From positions 4,808 to 68,807 of the forward strand of contig CACJGU010000002.1 in NCBI GenBank assembly GCA_902593125.1: a stretch of DNA of 64,000 nucleotides, given 5' to 3'. The notes beneath the pieces are model-generated. The model was not told where the DNA came from. It searched no databases and saw nothing but the letters and a program-made list of their open reading frames with translations. This document shows positions 45,369 to 55,426 of the stretch, piece after piece. Every line of letters starts with the position of its first letter. Positions within the stretch are counted from its first letter, which is position 1. A program made the translations under genes and the position numbers. This DNA comes from an uncultured Alphaproteobacteria bacterium. GTDB taxonomy: Bacteria; Pseudomonadota; Alphaproteobacteria; HIMB59; GCA-002718135.

Positions 45369-46846
45369 TATTTTTTTAATTCAGCCTTAATTATGTTTTC
45401 AACAACTTTGGCTGAGGAGAGAACTCCTGGTATCCCTGCTCCTGGGTGAGAACCCGCAGCAGAAAAATAAAGATTTTTTATTTTTTTGTCTTTATTATGA
45501 TATCTGAACCAGGCTGATTGAGTAAAGATAGGGGCGATAGAAAATCCTGCTCCATGCATTGAATTGTAATCATTTTTAAAATCTTTAGGATTCATCCAAA
45601 ACACATCTGTTATATTCTTTTCTAAATCTGGCATGATAGTTTCTGATAGTTCTTTAACTATTCTATTTTTAAGATTTTCTGATTCAGTATCCCAATTAAT
45701 ATTCCCTTGTAAATTAGGCACAGGACATAATACATAAAAACTGTCACATCCTTCAGGAGCAAAAGATTTGTCTGTTGCAGTAGGTCTGTGAATATATAAA
45801 GAAAAATCTTCTGATAAAATCTTATTTTTAAAAATGTCATGAAGCAAAGATTTGAATCTTTCTGTCATCCAAATAGTATGGTGAGCAACTTTATGATATT
45901 GTTTTTTGGTTCCAAAAAAAAGCACGAAAAGGCCCATTGAATACAATAAATTTTTTTCCCTTAAAATAGGTCTGCTTAAATTTTGTTTTTTTAGAAGTTT
46001 AGAATAAACCATTGGTGGGTCAGCATTACAAACAACCAAATCTAAATCAGTAATTTCTTCCTTGTTTGTTAATATTTTTGTTATCGTGTTATTTTCTATA
46101 ATAAACTCTTTTGCTTCTGTATTGGTTTTGATTTTAATACCAGCATGAGTCATTAATTTTTTTAACTCAGATACAATTTTACCTGTTCCACCCATACAAA
46201 AAAATACCCCCCATTTTCTTTCTAAATAATGTATTAAGGCATAAATAGATGTCGTTGTATGTGGATCACCTCCGACTAGAAGTGGGTGTATTGAAAATGC
46301 CTTTCTAAGATATGGATTTTTTAAGTAACTGTTTACAAGTTGTGAAACAGTGAAATAGCTTTTTAAAATTATTAGGTTGGGAATAACGCCTAACATCTTA
46401 AAAAAAGAAATAAATGGTTTGTCTGCTAGTTGTGTAAAGCCAATATCAAAAATTTTTTTGGATTGATTTAAAAGTTTTGAGTAGCCTTTAACATCTCTTT
46501 CATCAAATTTACTTATTTCAATATTTGTTTTTTCTACAGTAGAACAGTAATCAAAAGTTTTTCCATCATGAAAATAGTATCTATACCAAGGCTCAAGAGG
46601 AACAAATTTTAGATGATCTTCTCTTCTTTGGCCAAATAAATCAAATAATTCATCAAAAAGAAACGGAGCTGTTATTACAGTGGGTCCAGCATCATGCCTA
46701 AAGCCATTAATTTCAAATACTCTCGCTCTTCCACCTAATTCATCAAGTTTCTCTATTATAGTTGTATCGTATCCCAGCTTTTTTAATCTAAGACTTACTG
46801 CAATTCCGCCAAAACCACTTCCTATAACTACTGCTTTTTTATTCAT
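45368..46846 (-). CDS. crtI: Phytoene desaturase
   Basis: VIGSGFGGIA dinucleotide-binding motif, LGGRA and a C-terminal GAGIPGV motif. Confidence 0.92.
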   Translation of the reverse strand: MNKKAVVIGSGFGGIAVSLRLKKLGYDTTIIEKLDELGGRARVFEINGFRHDAGPTVITAPFLFDELFDLFGQRREDHLKFVPLEPWYRYYFHDGKTFDYCSTVEKTNIEISKFDERDVKGYSKLLNQSKKIFDIGFTQLADKPFISFFKMLGVIPNLIILKSYFTVSQLVNSYLKNPYLRKAFSIHPLLVGGDPHTTTSIYALIHYLERKWGVFFCMGGTGKIVSELKKLMTHAGIKIKTNTEAKEFIIENNTITKILTNKEEITDLDLVVCNADPPMVYSKLLKKQNLSRPILREKNLLYSMGLFVLFFGTKKQYHKVAHHTIWMTERFKSLLHDIFKNKILSEDFSLYIHRPTATDKSFAPEGCDSFYVLCPVPNLQGNINWDTESENLKNRIVKELSETIMPDLEKNITDVFWMNPKDFKNDYNSMHGAGFSIAPIFTQSAWFRYHNKDKKIKNLYFSAAGSHPGAGIPGVLSSAKVVENIIKAELKK

Positions 46847-46903
46847 TGTTAATTTAGTAATTTTATTTAAATAACCTATTTCAAAATAAATATAATATTA
46901 TTT

Positions 46904-47416
46904 ATGCTTACAAAGAAAGATTTATTGGAAATACTTAGTGCAAAAGCGCTGGATTTTCAAATTCATGATCACGATCCTCTGTATACGGTTGAAGACTCAG
47001 AAAAATTAAGAGGAGAAATTAAGGGTGCCCATACAAAAAATTTATTTTTAAAAAATAAAAAAAATAATTTTTTTTTATTAAGTTGTGATGAAAATGCAAA
47101 AGTAGATTTGAAACGTTTTTCTAAATCAATTGAGGCTAAAAACTTATCATTTGCAAATAGTGAATATCTTGAAAAGCTTTTGGGTATAAAGCCAGGTTCT
47201 GTTTCTCCTTATGCATTACTTAATGATAATAACGATGTGGTAGAGTTTTATTTAGATGAAACCCTTTTTAAAAGTGAAACTATAAATTTTCATCCTCTAA
47301 TAAACACAACAACTATTTCATTAAAAACTTCGGTATTTGTTGATTTCATTATTGAAAAAGGCAAAAAAATTAATATTTTTTCTTTAGAGAGTTATAGTAT
47401 AGTTGATATCTTATGA
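46904..47416 (+). CDS. YbaK/ProX-type aminoacyl-tRNA deacylase domain protein
   Basis: GAHTKNLFLK and GIKPGSVSPYAL motifs. Confidence 0.7.
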   Translation: MLTKKDLLEILSAKALDFQIHDHDPLYTVEDSEKLRGEIKGAHTKNLFLKNKKNNFFLLSCDENAKVDLKRFSKSIEAKNLSFANSEYLEKLLGIKPGSVSPYALLNDNNDVVEFYLDETLFKSETINFHPLINTTTISLKTSVFVDFIIEKGKKINIFSLESYSIVDIL

Positions 47417-48279
47417 ATGAAAATAATAGCATAATTGATGTAAATGAAAATGATTTTAATGATTTGGTAATTGAGGCTAGTCTAAACAAACTTATTGTCG
47501 TTGATTTTTGGGCGCCTTGGTGTGGACCTTGTAAACAACTAACTCCAACTTTAGAAAAAATAATAAATAATTCTCAAAATAAAGTTACTTTAGCCAAAAT
47601 AAATATTGATGAGAATCAACAAATAGCTGCTCAGCTGAGAATTCAATCAATACCAACTGTTTATGCTTTCAAAGACAAACAGATAGTAAATGCATTCCAG
47701 GGTGTGATACCAGAAAAACAAATTATTGAATTTTTGGAAAAATGTTTAGGGTCAAAAATAAATGAAGATTTTACTGAATTTTTTGATCAGATAAAAATTT
47801 TAATGTCTGAAAATAAATACGAAGAAGCAAAAGATGTGCTTTTGGAATTTATATCAACAAATCCAAAGGAAGCGATAGCGATTAATCAATACTTAGATTG
47901 TTTAATAGAATTGAAACAATTTGAAGAGGTTGATACATTTATTCAATCATTAGAAAAAGATATGCGAGATACAGAAGAGATAAAACAGATTATAAAGAAG
48001 ATGGAAATAATTAAAAATAATGAATCTGGACCAAACATCGAAGAACTAATTGATAGACTTAATAAGAAGCCTAATGATATAGATTTAATTATAGAAGTCG
48101 CAGATAAATATTTTTCTATCCAAAATTATGAAAATAGTCTGGACCTATTATTAAAAAATTATCCTAAAAATAGAGAAAAGATTAAAAATAAAATGGTTGA
48201 ATTTTTTGGCGTGTTGGGTAATTCTGATGAATACACAATAAAATATAGAAAAAAACTATCACAAGTGATGTTTTCATAA
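47413..48279 (+). CDS. Thioredoxin-domain protein with C-terminal TPR-like domain (YbbN/CnoX-like)
   Basis: WAPWCGPCK active site followed by a helical C-terminal extension. Confidence 0.8.
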   Translation: MNENNSIIDVNENDFNDLVIEASLNKLIVVDFWAPWCGPCKQLTPTLEKIINNSQNKVTLAKINIDENQQIAAQLRIQSIPTVYAFKDKQIVNAFQGVIPEKQIIEFLEKCLGSKINEDFTEFFDQIKILMSENKYEEAKDVLLEFISTNPKEAIAINQYLDCLIELKQFEEVDTFIQSLEKDMRDTEEIKQIIKKMEIIKNNESGPNIEELIDRLNKKPNDIDLIIEVADKYFSIQNYENSLDLLLKNYPKNREKIKNKMVEFFGVLGNSDEYTIKYRKKLSQVMFS

Positions 48280-48280
48280 A

Positions 48281-48877
48281 ATGGATCTGCCAATCTTTCC
48301 TTTGAATGGAGCCGTTTTATTTCCGGAAACTAGTTTGCCATTAAATATTTTTGAAAAAAGATACATTGATATGATTGATTACTCTTTAGCGAGAGAGCGG
48401 GAAATAGGAATGATACAGACAATGAATAATGGTGACTTATATAAAATTGGATGTATTGGTAAAATACATAGTTTTAATGAAACAAATGATGGCAGATACT
48501 TAATAAGTTTACAAGGATTAAATTGCTTTGAAGTAGTTAAAGAAATAAATGTTGATTATAGCTTTAGAATAGTAAGGGCCAACGTAATTAAAGGTGTAAA
48601 TAAAGAGGATAACAAATTAGATAATGACAAAAAATCAAATATTTTAAAGAAATATAAAAAATATATTTCATCAAAGAAAATTAATATTGATTTATCAGAA
48701 ATTGATGGGATTGAAACTTACCAATTAATGAAATTTATTGCCATGATTTCACCATTTAAGGATATTGAAAAACAAGCCTTACTGGAGACAGATAATGTTG
48801 AAGATTTTTATTATAAACTTTTATCTATAATTGATTTTGATATAGCTAGTGAACTAGGGAATAAGACTCTTAATTAA
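48281..48877 (+). CDS. LON substrate-binding (N-terminal) domain protein
   Basis: LPIFPLNGAVLFPETSLPLNIFEKRY N-terminal motif. Confidence 0.75.
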   Translation: MDLPIFPLNGAVLFPETSLPLNIFEKRYIDMIDYSLAREREIGMIQTMNNGDLYKIGCIGKIHSFNETNDGRYLISLQGLNCFEVVKEINVDYSFRIVRANVIKGVNKEDNKLDNDKKSNILKKYKKYISSKKINIDLSEIDGIETYQLMKFIAMISPFKDIEKQALLETDNVEDFYYKLLSIIDFDIASELGNKTLN

Positions 48878-50054
48878 AACCCATTGCAAAATCACTTATT
48901 GCATTTTTAATATAATTATTTTTCTGAATAATATTTATTCCAACCGATCTTGCGAAATTTAAAATATGACTATTTTGTTGAAATAAATTATCGAGTTTGT
49001 CTGTAACTTGATATAGGCTATAAGCCCTATAAAATGTATTGTTGTGATATTTTTTACAAAAGTTATCATTCCCAATCTCTATTCCCAATCTCTTATAATG
49101 AAGACAGATTTCATAAAGATTTTCTATATCTTTCATCCCTAGATTCCAACCTTGTCCAGCAATTGGGTGGAAAGAATGAGCCGAATCACCAACATAAATT
49201 GTTTTATTATCATAAAATTTTACATTCAAATGTGCTGATAATGGAAAAAGTTGTTTGCTGTATATCTTTAAAACATTTCCAATATATTTTTCAATTTTTT
49301 CATTTAAAATGATTCTTAACCTTTCATCTGGAAGTTTATTCAGGCTATTTGAATAATCGTTATTATTTGTCCATACAATAGAGCTAACGTTTTTATTATT
49401 TTCACTTTTCATTGGTAATATTGCCAAAGGACCATCTTTGTAGAAAAATTCATAGGCTGTATTTTCATGATTTATCGAGTGAGAAAAATTTATTACAATT
49501 GCCTTTTTGTTATAGTTTTTTTTATATAAATTTGTTTTAAGAATTTCTCTAATTTGACTATTTTTACCATCAGCAGCAATGTTTAAATCTGATATTATTT
49601 TGTGTCTCTGGGTTTCAATATGAATTTTCTGATCATTCTTTTGAATACGGTTAATTAAATTGTTGTTAAAAATTTTTATTTTTTTTTCATCAAGAATAAT
49701 GCGATATAAAACATCAAGTAGTTTTTTATTTTTTATTATATAACCTAGGTTAGAATTTCTTCTTTCATTGTCAAAATTTAGTGTATTGGTTGATTCTCTG
49801 TCTATTATTTTTATTCTGTTTATGGGTTCAGCATATTTTGACATTTCGCCCCAAACATTAATTTTGCTAAGAAATAGCTTAGTTCCCTCAGATATAGCCA
49901 CTGTTCTTTTATCTAAATGGTTGTTTCCAAATTTATAAGTTGGGTTTTTTTCAAGGATGGTAATACTATAACCTAATTTACACAAAGATATTGCAGTAGC
50001 TGCTCCAATCAACCCTCCTCCAACAATATTTACATTTGAATATAATTCTTTCAT
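48870..50054 (-). CDS. UbiH/UbiF/Coq6-family FAD-dependent ubiquinone hydroxylase
   Basis: IVGGGLIGAA FAD motif and GDSAHSFHPIAGQGWNLG motif. Confidence 0.82.
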   Translation of the reverse strand: MKELYSNVNIVGGGLIGAATAISLCKLGYSITILEKNPTYKFGNNHLDKRTVAISEGTKLFLSKINVWGEMSKYAEPINRIKIIDRESTNTLNFDNERRNSNLGYIIKNKKLLDVLYRIILDEKKIKIFNNNLINRIQKNDQKIHIETQRHKIISDLNIAADGKNSQIREILKTNLYKKNYNKKAIVINFSHSINHENTAYEFFYKDGPLAILPMKSENNKNVSSIVWTNNNDYSNSLNKLPDERLRIILNEKIEKYIGNVLKIYSKQLFPLSAHLNVKFYDNKTIYVGDSAHSFHPIAGQGWNLGMKDIENLYEICLHYKRLGIEIGNDNFCKKYHNNTFYRAYSLYQVTDKLDNLFQQNSHILNFARSVGINIIQKNNYIKNAISDFAMGFN

Positions 50055-50081
50055 AATTTTCTTCGAATTAACATAATCTGA

Positions 50082-52340
50082 ATGTATTACAATCTAACTT
50101 ATATGTTCAAATATAGTTCATTTAGAAATTTTGTAAAAAAATTTATAATTGGCGTAGTTTTAATAATTTTTTCACTACTATTTCTTATAAGTTTATATTC
50201 GCATAGTTATTCAGATCCAGGATTTCAAACCTTCAACACAGAACAGTCTGATAAAATATTATCAAATTATCTTGGTTTGTTTGGGGCTTATTTATCGAGC
50301 TACACAATAATCATAATAGGACACCTATCATATTTTTTTGGTTTTTACTTATTACTTGAAGGTGTGAAATCACTATTGGGAATTAATAATAAAAGATTTT
50401 TTGTAAAAGCATTTTCAAATATTTTAGGTATATTTTTGGTTGATGTATTTTTAATAAGCTATGGATTTGAAATTTTTAGACATGGTCTAGTATCAATATT
50501 TCTATCTGATCTCTTTGAAGGTTTAATTTTGTTGATAACTTCAAATAATTTAATAATTTATTTGATAGATCTATTTTTATTAATTTTAGGAATTTTATTT
50601 ATTATTTTATCTTATTCATTAAGGTTAATATATTTAAGAAAAATATTAGTTTCATTTAAAATATTACGGTATTTTAAGTATCTAAATTTTATTACTCCTA
50701 TTTTCTCAATTCTAAAAAGAAATGTGAAAAATTCAAAAATAAAAATAAAAAAAAATGAGCCTACAATTAGAAGGGGTTCGATTATAAATAACAAACATAG
50801 AGCTAACACAATTAATAAATTTGGAAAAGGTGGGGTTAGTAAATTTAAATTTAACTTACCTAATGTCAATTTGTTGGAAAGAACAATAAATAAAAAAGTA
50901 ATTAATAAAGAAACAGACAGGCTCAATACTGAGTTAGCAAAAAAGCTCGAATTAACTCTATCTGATTATGGGGTTGAGGGAAAAATTACTGGTTTTAAAA
51001 GTGGGCCAATAGTGACTCTTTTTGAGTTTATTCCAAATGCTGGAATAAAATCTAGTAGAATAATAGGGCTTTCAGATGATATTGCTAGAGCTATGTCTTC
51101 TATTTCTTCAAGAATATCATCACAACCAGGTAAGACTAGTTTGGGTATTGAAATACCAAACTCAAAAAGAGATAGTGTTTTATTTGGTGATTTAATTGAC
51201 GATGATGGATTTAATATTGAAACTGAATCATTAACTTTGGCATTAGGAAAAGATATCAGCGGTTTAAAAATATATGCATCTCTAGAAAAAATGCCTCATT
51301 TATTGATAGCTGGTACAACTGGTTCTGGAAAATCAGTAGGTATAAATACTATGATATTAAGTATTTTATATAAATTTAAACCAAACGAATGTAAATTAAT
51401 TTTGATTGACCCTAAAATGCTAGAGCTAAGTGTATATGAGGATATACCTCATCTACTTACACCAGTGGTTACAGATCCAAAAAAAGCAGTTTTTGCTCTT
51501 AAATGGGTAGTTAGAGAAATGGAAAATAGATATAAATTAATGAGCTCCGTAAATGTAAAAAATATAGAGTCTTACAATAATAAGGTTGTTAAAACGATTT
51601 CATCAGGAAGAAAACTTTTTAGAGAAGTTCAGACAGGTATTGATGGAGACACAAAAATGCCAATTATAGAAAAAATTGAAATACCTTTAAATAAAATGCC
51701 ATTCATTGTTGTAGTAATAGATGAAATGGCTGACTTGATGATGGTAGCTGGAAAAGAGGTTGAATCTTTAGTACAAAGACTTGCGCAAATGGCGAGGGCT
51801 TCAGGTATTCATTTAATCACAGCAACGCAAAGACCAAGTGTAGACGTAATTACTGGAACAATAAAAGCAAACTTTCCAAGTAGGATTAGTTATAAAGTGG
51901 CTAGTAAATTTGATAGCAGGACTATTATTAATGAAATGGGTGCAGAGCAATTACTAGGTAGTGGCGATATGTTATTATTAGAAAATGGAGGAAATACAAA
52001 AAGACTGCATGGTGGTTTTGTTTCTGAAAGTGAAGTTGAAAGAGTTGTGAACTATATTAAAAATCAAGCAACTTTTGATTACAAAAAAGAAATATCTTTT
52101 GATACCGAAGATACCGCTCAAAGAGTTAATGGAGATTTGATATCGGATAACAAGGATGAACTCTATAACAGAGCCGTAGATATAATTGTAAAACAACAAA
52201 AAGTTTCAACTAGTTTTATCCAACGATATCTTCAGATAGGATATAATCGAGCTGCAAGGATTGTGGAAAAAATGGAAGAGGATGGTATTATTACTGAGGC
52301 TAATAATGCGGGGAAAAGGCATGTTCTTAAAAAGGAATAA
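50082..52340 (+). CDS. ftsK: DNA translocase FtsK
   Basis: N-terminal TM helices, Walker A AGTTGSGKS, Walker B VVVIDEMADL and a gamma winged-helix (IQRYLQIGYNRAARIVEKME). Confidence 0.95.
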   Translation: MYYNLTYMFKYSSFRNFVKKFIIGVVLIIFSLLFLISLYSHSYSDPGFQTFNTEQSDKILSNYLGLFGAYLSSYTIIIIGHLSYFFGFYLLLEGVKSLLGINNKRFFVKAFSNILGIFLVDVFLISYGFEIFRHGLVSIFLSDLFEGLILLITSNNLIIYLIDLFLLILGILFIILSYSLRLIYLRKILVSFKILRYFKYLNFITPIFSILKRNVKNSKIKIKKNEPTIRRGSIINNKHRANTINKFGKGGVSKFKFNLPNVNLLERTINKKVINKETDRLNTELAKKLELTLSDYGVEGKITGFKSGPIVTLFEFIPNAGIKSSRIIGLSDDIARAMSSISSRISSQPGKTSLGIEIPNSKRDSVLFGDLIDDDGFNIETESLTLALGKDISGLKIYASLEKMPHLLIAGTTGSGKSVGINTMILSILYKFKPNECKLILIDPKMLELSVYEDIPHLLTPVVTDPKKAVFALKWVVREMENRYKLMSSVNVKNIESYNNKVVKTISSGRKLFREVQTGIDGDTKMPIIEKIEIPLNKMPFIVVVIDEMADLMMVAGKEVESLVQRLAQMARASGIHLITATQRPSVDVITGTIKANFPSRISYKVASKFDSRTIINEMGAEQLLGSGDMLLLENGGNTKRLHGGFVSESEVERVVNYIKNQATFDYKKEISFDTEDTAQRVNGDLISDNKDELYNRAVDIIVKQQKVSTSFIQRYLQIGYNRAARIVEKMEEDGIITEANNAGKRHVLKKE

Positions 52341-52914
52341 GTCAGTCCTTCTTTTTTTAATTATTACTTTATTTTCTGTTCAATCAGAAGCTTTAAATAA
52401 CGAAGAAAATTTAGAAAGAATTTTTAATTATTTAAATTCCCTAAACAACTTCTCTGCTTCTTTCATACAAGATGAAAATGACTTAGTTTCAGAGGGAAAA
52501 ATATTTATAGGGAATGATAGGGTTAGATTGGATTATGAATATCCGTCAAAAATATTAATTATTTTAGATAGAGATAAGGGGATGTATTATAACTATGATC
52601 TTAACGAGGATGAGTTTTTTAACCCAAAGGATACGTCTGCTTGGTTTTTTTTTGAAATATTTAAAAACAAAAAATTTTTCTTAGATGCAAATGTAACCCT
52701 GGAAAGCAAAAGTATAATTTTATCTAAAAGCGGATATTCCTTTGATGAGTCATATGAAATTTTCTTATTTTTTGAGGATGGGCCATTATTAATAAGAAAG
52801 ATAAAATTATTATTTCAAAATATAGAATATACATTATCTATTTACAATCATAGTTTAGAAGAAAAATTTAATGATAGGTTTTTTAAACTAATTAATCCTA
52901 AGCTTCTTAATTAG
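52321..52914 (+). CDS. lolA: LolA-like outer-membrane lipoprotein carrier protein
   Basis: ATG 52321 gives the signal peptide MFLKRNKSVLLFLIITLFSVQSEA. The longer ORF-track start lies inside ftsK. Confidence 0.65.
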   Translation: MFLKRNKSVLLFLIITLFSVQSEALNNEENLERIFNYLNSLNNFSASFIQDENDLVSEGKIFIGNDRVRLDYEYPSKILIILDRDKGMYYNYDLNEDEFFNPKDTSAWFFFEIFKNKKFFLDANVTLESKSIILSKSGYSFDESYEIFLFFEDGPLLIRKIKLLFQNIEYTLSIYNHSLEEKFNDRFFKLINPKLLN

Positions 52915-53504
52915 TCTAAAATTATATAGTTTTTTTTTGATTTAAGGCTGAGACTAGTCTGAATTTTTTCAAATTTTTTTCTTATTCTTGAAAGATGACT
53001 ATCCAAGGAATGTGTATCTATTTTGTGACTAATATTTAAAATATTTTCTTTTAAATAGTCTTTTTGACATTTTTTAATTTCGATTAATTTAATTAGTATA
53101 TTATTCTCTATATCAGTAAGCATGCAGTATTTTTTGTTTTTTGTATTAATTATTTTTTTGTTATTTATGCAGATATCTTCAAAAACGAACTTCTTATTTG
53201 CTATTAATTTTTTCACTGAATTAATAATTTGATTTGGTGTTGTTGGAGCTTTTAGAATAAAATTTTCCCCATAATTAGTTAGAGAATTCAAATTATTTGA
53301 AATAATAAGAAAATTGTTATTAAATTCTATCAAATTAATTTTTTCTTGATCTGACCTAGATTTAATAAATATTATTGCACTTTCATTAAGGTTGTTCTTC
53401 TTCAAAGCCTCAATAGGCATACAAGAAACTTTATAATTTTCAAAAAGCTGACAAACAAATGGATATATATCTTTTGAGGCATATACATTTATTTCTTCTT
53501 TCAT
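52911..53504 (-). CDS. OmpR/PhoB-type winged-helix regulator with degenerate receiver domain
   Basis: The C-terminal LTDIENNILIKL ... THSLDSHLSRIRKKF resembles trans_reg_C. The N-terminal domain shows no obvious phospho-acceptor Asp. Confidence 0.5.
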   Translation of the reverse strand: MKEEINVYASKDIYPFVCQLFENYKVSCMPIEALKKNNLNESAIIFIKSRSDQEKINLIEFNNNFLIISNNLNSLTNYGENFILKAPTTPNQIINSVKKLIANKKFVFEDICINNKKIINTKNKKYCMLTDIENNILIKLIEIKKCQKDYLKENILNISHKIDTHSLDSHLSRIRKKFEKIQTSLSLKSKKNYIILD

Positions 53505-54130
53505 TTCCGATTTCCAAATAATAAGGTTCCAAGGCGAATATATCTAGGATTAAAGCTTAAAGCCTCCATATAGTCATTACTCATTCCAATACTGAGTTCC
53601 TTTAAATTGTTTTTATTCGCCAATTGTCTTAATGCCTCGAAATGATTTTTTGGTATATCATTTATTGGTGGGATGCACATAAGGCCTACTATATTTAAGT
53701 TCAGGTCGTATCTGCAATATTTTACAAATTCTGCTAAAGTATCTGAGGAGACGCCACTTTTGGTTTCTTCGTTTCCAGTATTTACTTGGACAAAAATTTT
53801 TTTATTTTTTAGCTCAAAATCGTACTTTTTGAACTCGTTGGCAATTTTTTCTCTGTCTAGTGTGTGGAATACATCAAATAACTTAACTGCATCTTTTACT
53901 TTGTTTGATTGAAGTGGACCTGTAAGGTGTAGTTCTATTTTTGGTAAGTTATTTTTAATATCTGAAAACTTTAATTTTGCCTCATTTACTCTGTTTTCTC
54001 CAAATATCTTAACACCCATCTTTATTGCCTTTTCAACACTCTCAATTGGGTGGTTTTTTGAAATAGCTATAATATCTGTAGTTTTTTTTAAAAAACCTTT
54101 AATTTCTCTATATTTCTCAATATTAAACAT
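53501..54130 (-). CDS. yggS: YggS-family pyridoxal-phosphate homeostasis protein
   Basis: IIAISKNHP (PLP Lys), FGENRVNEA and HLTGPLQSNK motifs. Confidence 0.88.
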   Translation of the reverse strand: MFNIEKYREIKGFLKKTTDIIAISKNHPIESVEKAIKMGVKIFGENRVNEAKLKFSDIKNNLPKIELHLTGPLQSNKVKDAVKLFDVFHTLDREKIANEFKKYDFELKNKKIFVQVNTGNEETKSGVSSDTLAEFVKYCRYDLNLNIVGLMCIPPINDIPKNHFEALRQLANKNNLKELSIGMSNDYMEALSFNPRYIRLGTLLFGNRK

Positions 54131-54227
54131 AATCTTTATTGTTGTAAAAAAACAACACTATTAAAAATAATTTAGAATTTTCTATGCTTTTTTTGAAATT
54201 AAATCAATTTTTTAATAAATACACCTC

Positions 54228-54266
54228 AATGTGAGTTTAGTTCTCACATTTAATGAATATTCATTA
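54228..54266 (+). promoter_or_regulatory. Two adjacent palindromes in the porin leader (candidate operator or 5'-UTR structure)
   Basis: AATGTGAG-N7-CTCACATT (54228-54250) followed directly by the perfect 16-bp palindrome TAATGAATATTCATTA (54251-54266), 17 nt upstream of the ATG. Confidence 0.45.
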
Positions 54267-54283
54267 ACTCAAAAGGAGTAATT

Positions 54284-55336
54284 ATGAAAAAAGAACTATT
54301 AATTGGTACTGCCCTTGTATCTACGCTAGGTGCTGCTTCAGTTGCTGAAGCTGTAACTGCTACTATGAGTGGTAATCACCAAACTGGTATTGAGTTCGAC
54401 TCACCTTCATCAGGTACAGATACAAGAGCTCAAATCAATGATAATAACTTTACTGTATCACTATCAGAAACAACTGATGGTGGTGTTACAATTTCTTCAA
54501 GCTTTATGTTAGCTAACGAAGATGCTGTAGACGGTGATTTAGATGCTGGTTTCACACTAGCTTTCACTGATGGTTCAAAGTTAGATGTAATCAACGCTGG
54601 TAACGCATCAGGATCTCACGATATTTCAGTTCCTGGTTCAGCTGGTCCAGAAGGTGTTACAGTAACTACTGCAAACTTAGCTCCAACAGGACTTGATTTT
54701 GCAACTGGTGCAACTGTTTTTGGTGTTGAGTATCACACTGCTGCTGACTTCCTTGCGGATGGTCTAAGCATGTCTTTCTCAGCTTCAACTGATAACGGTG
54801 CTGCGGCTTCATCTACTTATAAAAATGACGGACACTTAGCACTTGGTGGTACTTATGTTACTGACCTAGGTGACTCAGCTGTAACAATTGGTTTTGGTCT
54901 TTCTGAAACAGAAGGTTCAACAAATGGTACAAGCCCATCTACTGAAGAAGGTGGTATCCATATTGGTGTAAGTGCTGTAACTGGTGACTTAACTGTTGCT
55001 CTTGGTTTTGCTGATGGTGATCACATGGGTGCTACTGGTACTACAGGATCAGATAGAGAGCTTGACTCTGAAGTACTTAAAGCAGGTCTTAAATATGTAT
55101 CTGGTGACTTAACGTTTAACGTTGGTGTTGCTTCAGGTACAACAAAAGACGGCGCTTTTGGAACTCCAGGCACAACTGAAGACTCAAAAGATGTAACATC
55201 TGCTTCTGTATCTTATGCGGTTGCTTCAGGTGTAACAGCTATCTTAGGATACACTACAGTTGACTCTGCTAACGCAGGTGCAAATGATAACACTGATGGA
55301 TCAGCTTGGTACATTGGTGCAAACATGTCATTCTAA
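54284..55336 (+). CDS. Outer-membrane porin-like beta-barrel protein
   Basis: Signal peptide ending VAEA, G/T/S/A/D-rich alternating pattern and a C-terminal ...YIGANMSF. Strong RBS AAGGAG. G+C-richer codon usage consistent with high expression. Confidence 0.75.
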   Translation: MKKELLIGTALVSTLGAASVAEAVTATMSGNHQTGIEFDSPSSGTDTRAQINDNNFTVSLSETTDGGVTISSSFMLANEDAVDGDLDAGFTLAFTDGSKLDVINAGNASGSHDISVPGSAGPEGVTVTTANLAPTGLDFATGATVFGVEYHTAADFLADGLSMSFSASTDNGAAASSTYKNDGHLALGGTYVTDLGDSAVTIGFGLSETEGSTNGTSPSTEEGGIHIGVSAVTGDLTVALGFADGDHMGATGTTGSDRELDSEVLKAGLKYVSGDLTFNVGVASGTTKDGAFGTPGTTEDSKDVTSASVSYAVASGVTAILGYTTVDSANAGANDNTDGSAWYIGANMSF

Positions 55337-55359
55337 TTTAGATAATATTTTATTGAAAA

Positions 55360-55388
55360 ACGGCACTTTGATAGTGCCGTTTTTTTTA
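55360..55388 (+). terminator. Rho-independent terminator after the porin gene
   Basis: Stem ACGGCACT / AGTGCCGT with loop TTGAT, followed by T7. Confidence 0.85.
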
Positions 55389-55426
55389 TGTTTTACTTTT
55401 AGCCTCCGATACAATAATTAAATAAT

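Noticed and set aside
54251-54266. The palindrome TAATGAATATTCATTA, considered as a Fur box.
   Set aside because: It has even (16-bp) symmetry and matches the 19-bp GATAATGATAATCATTATC consensus only loosely. It is kept as a generic candidate operator.
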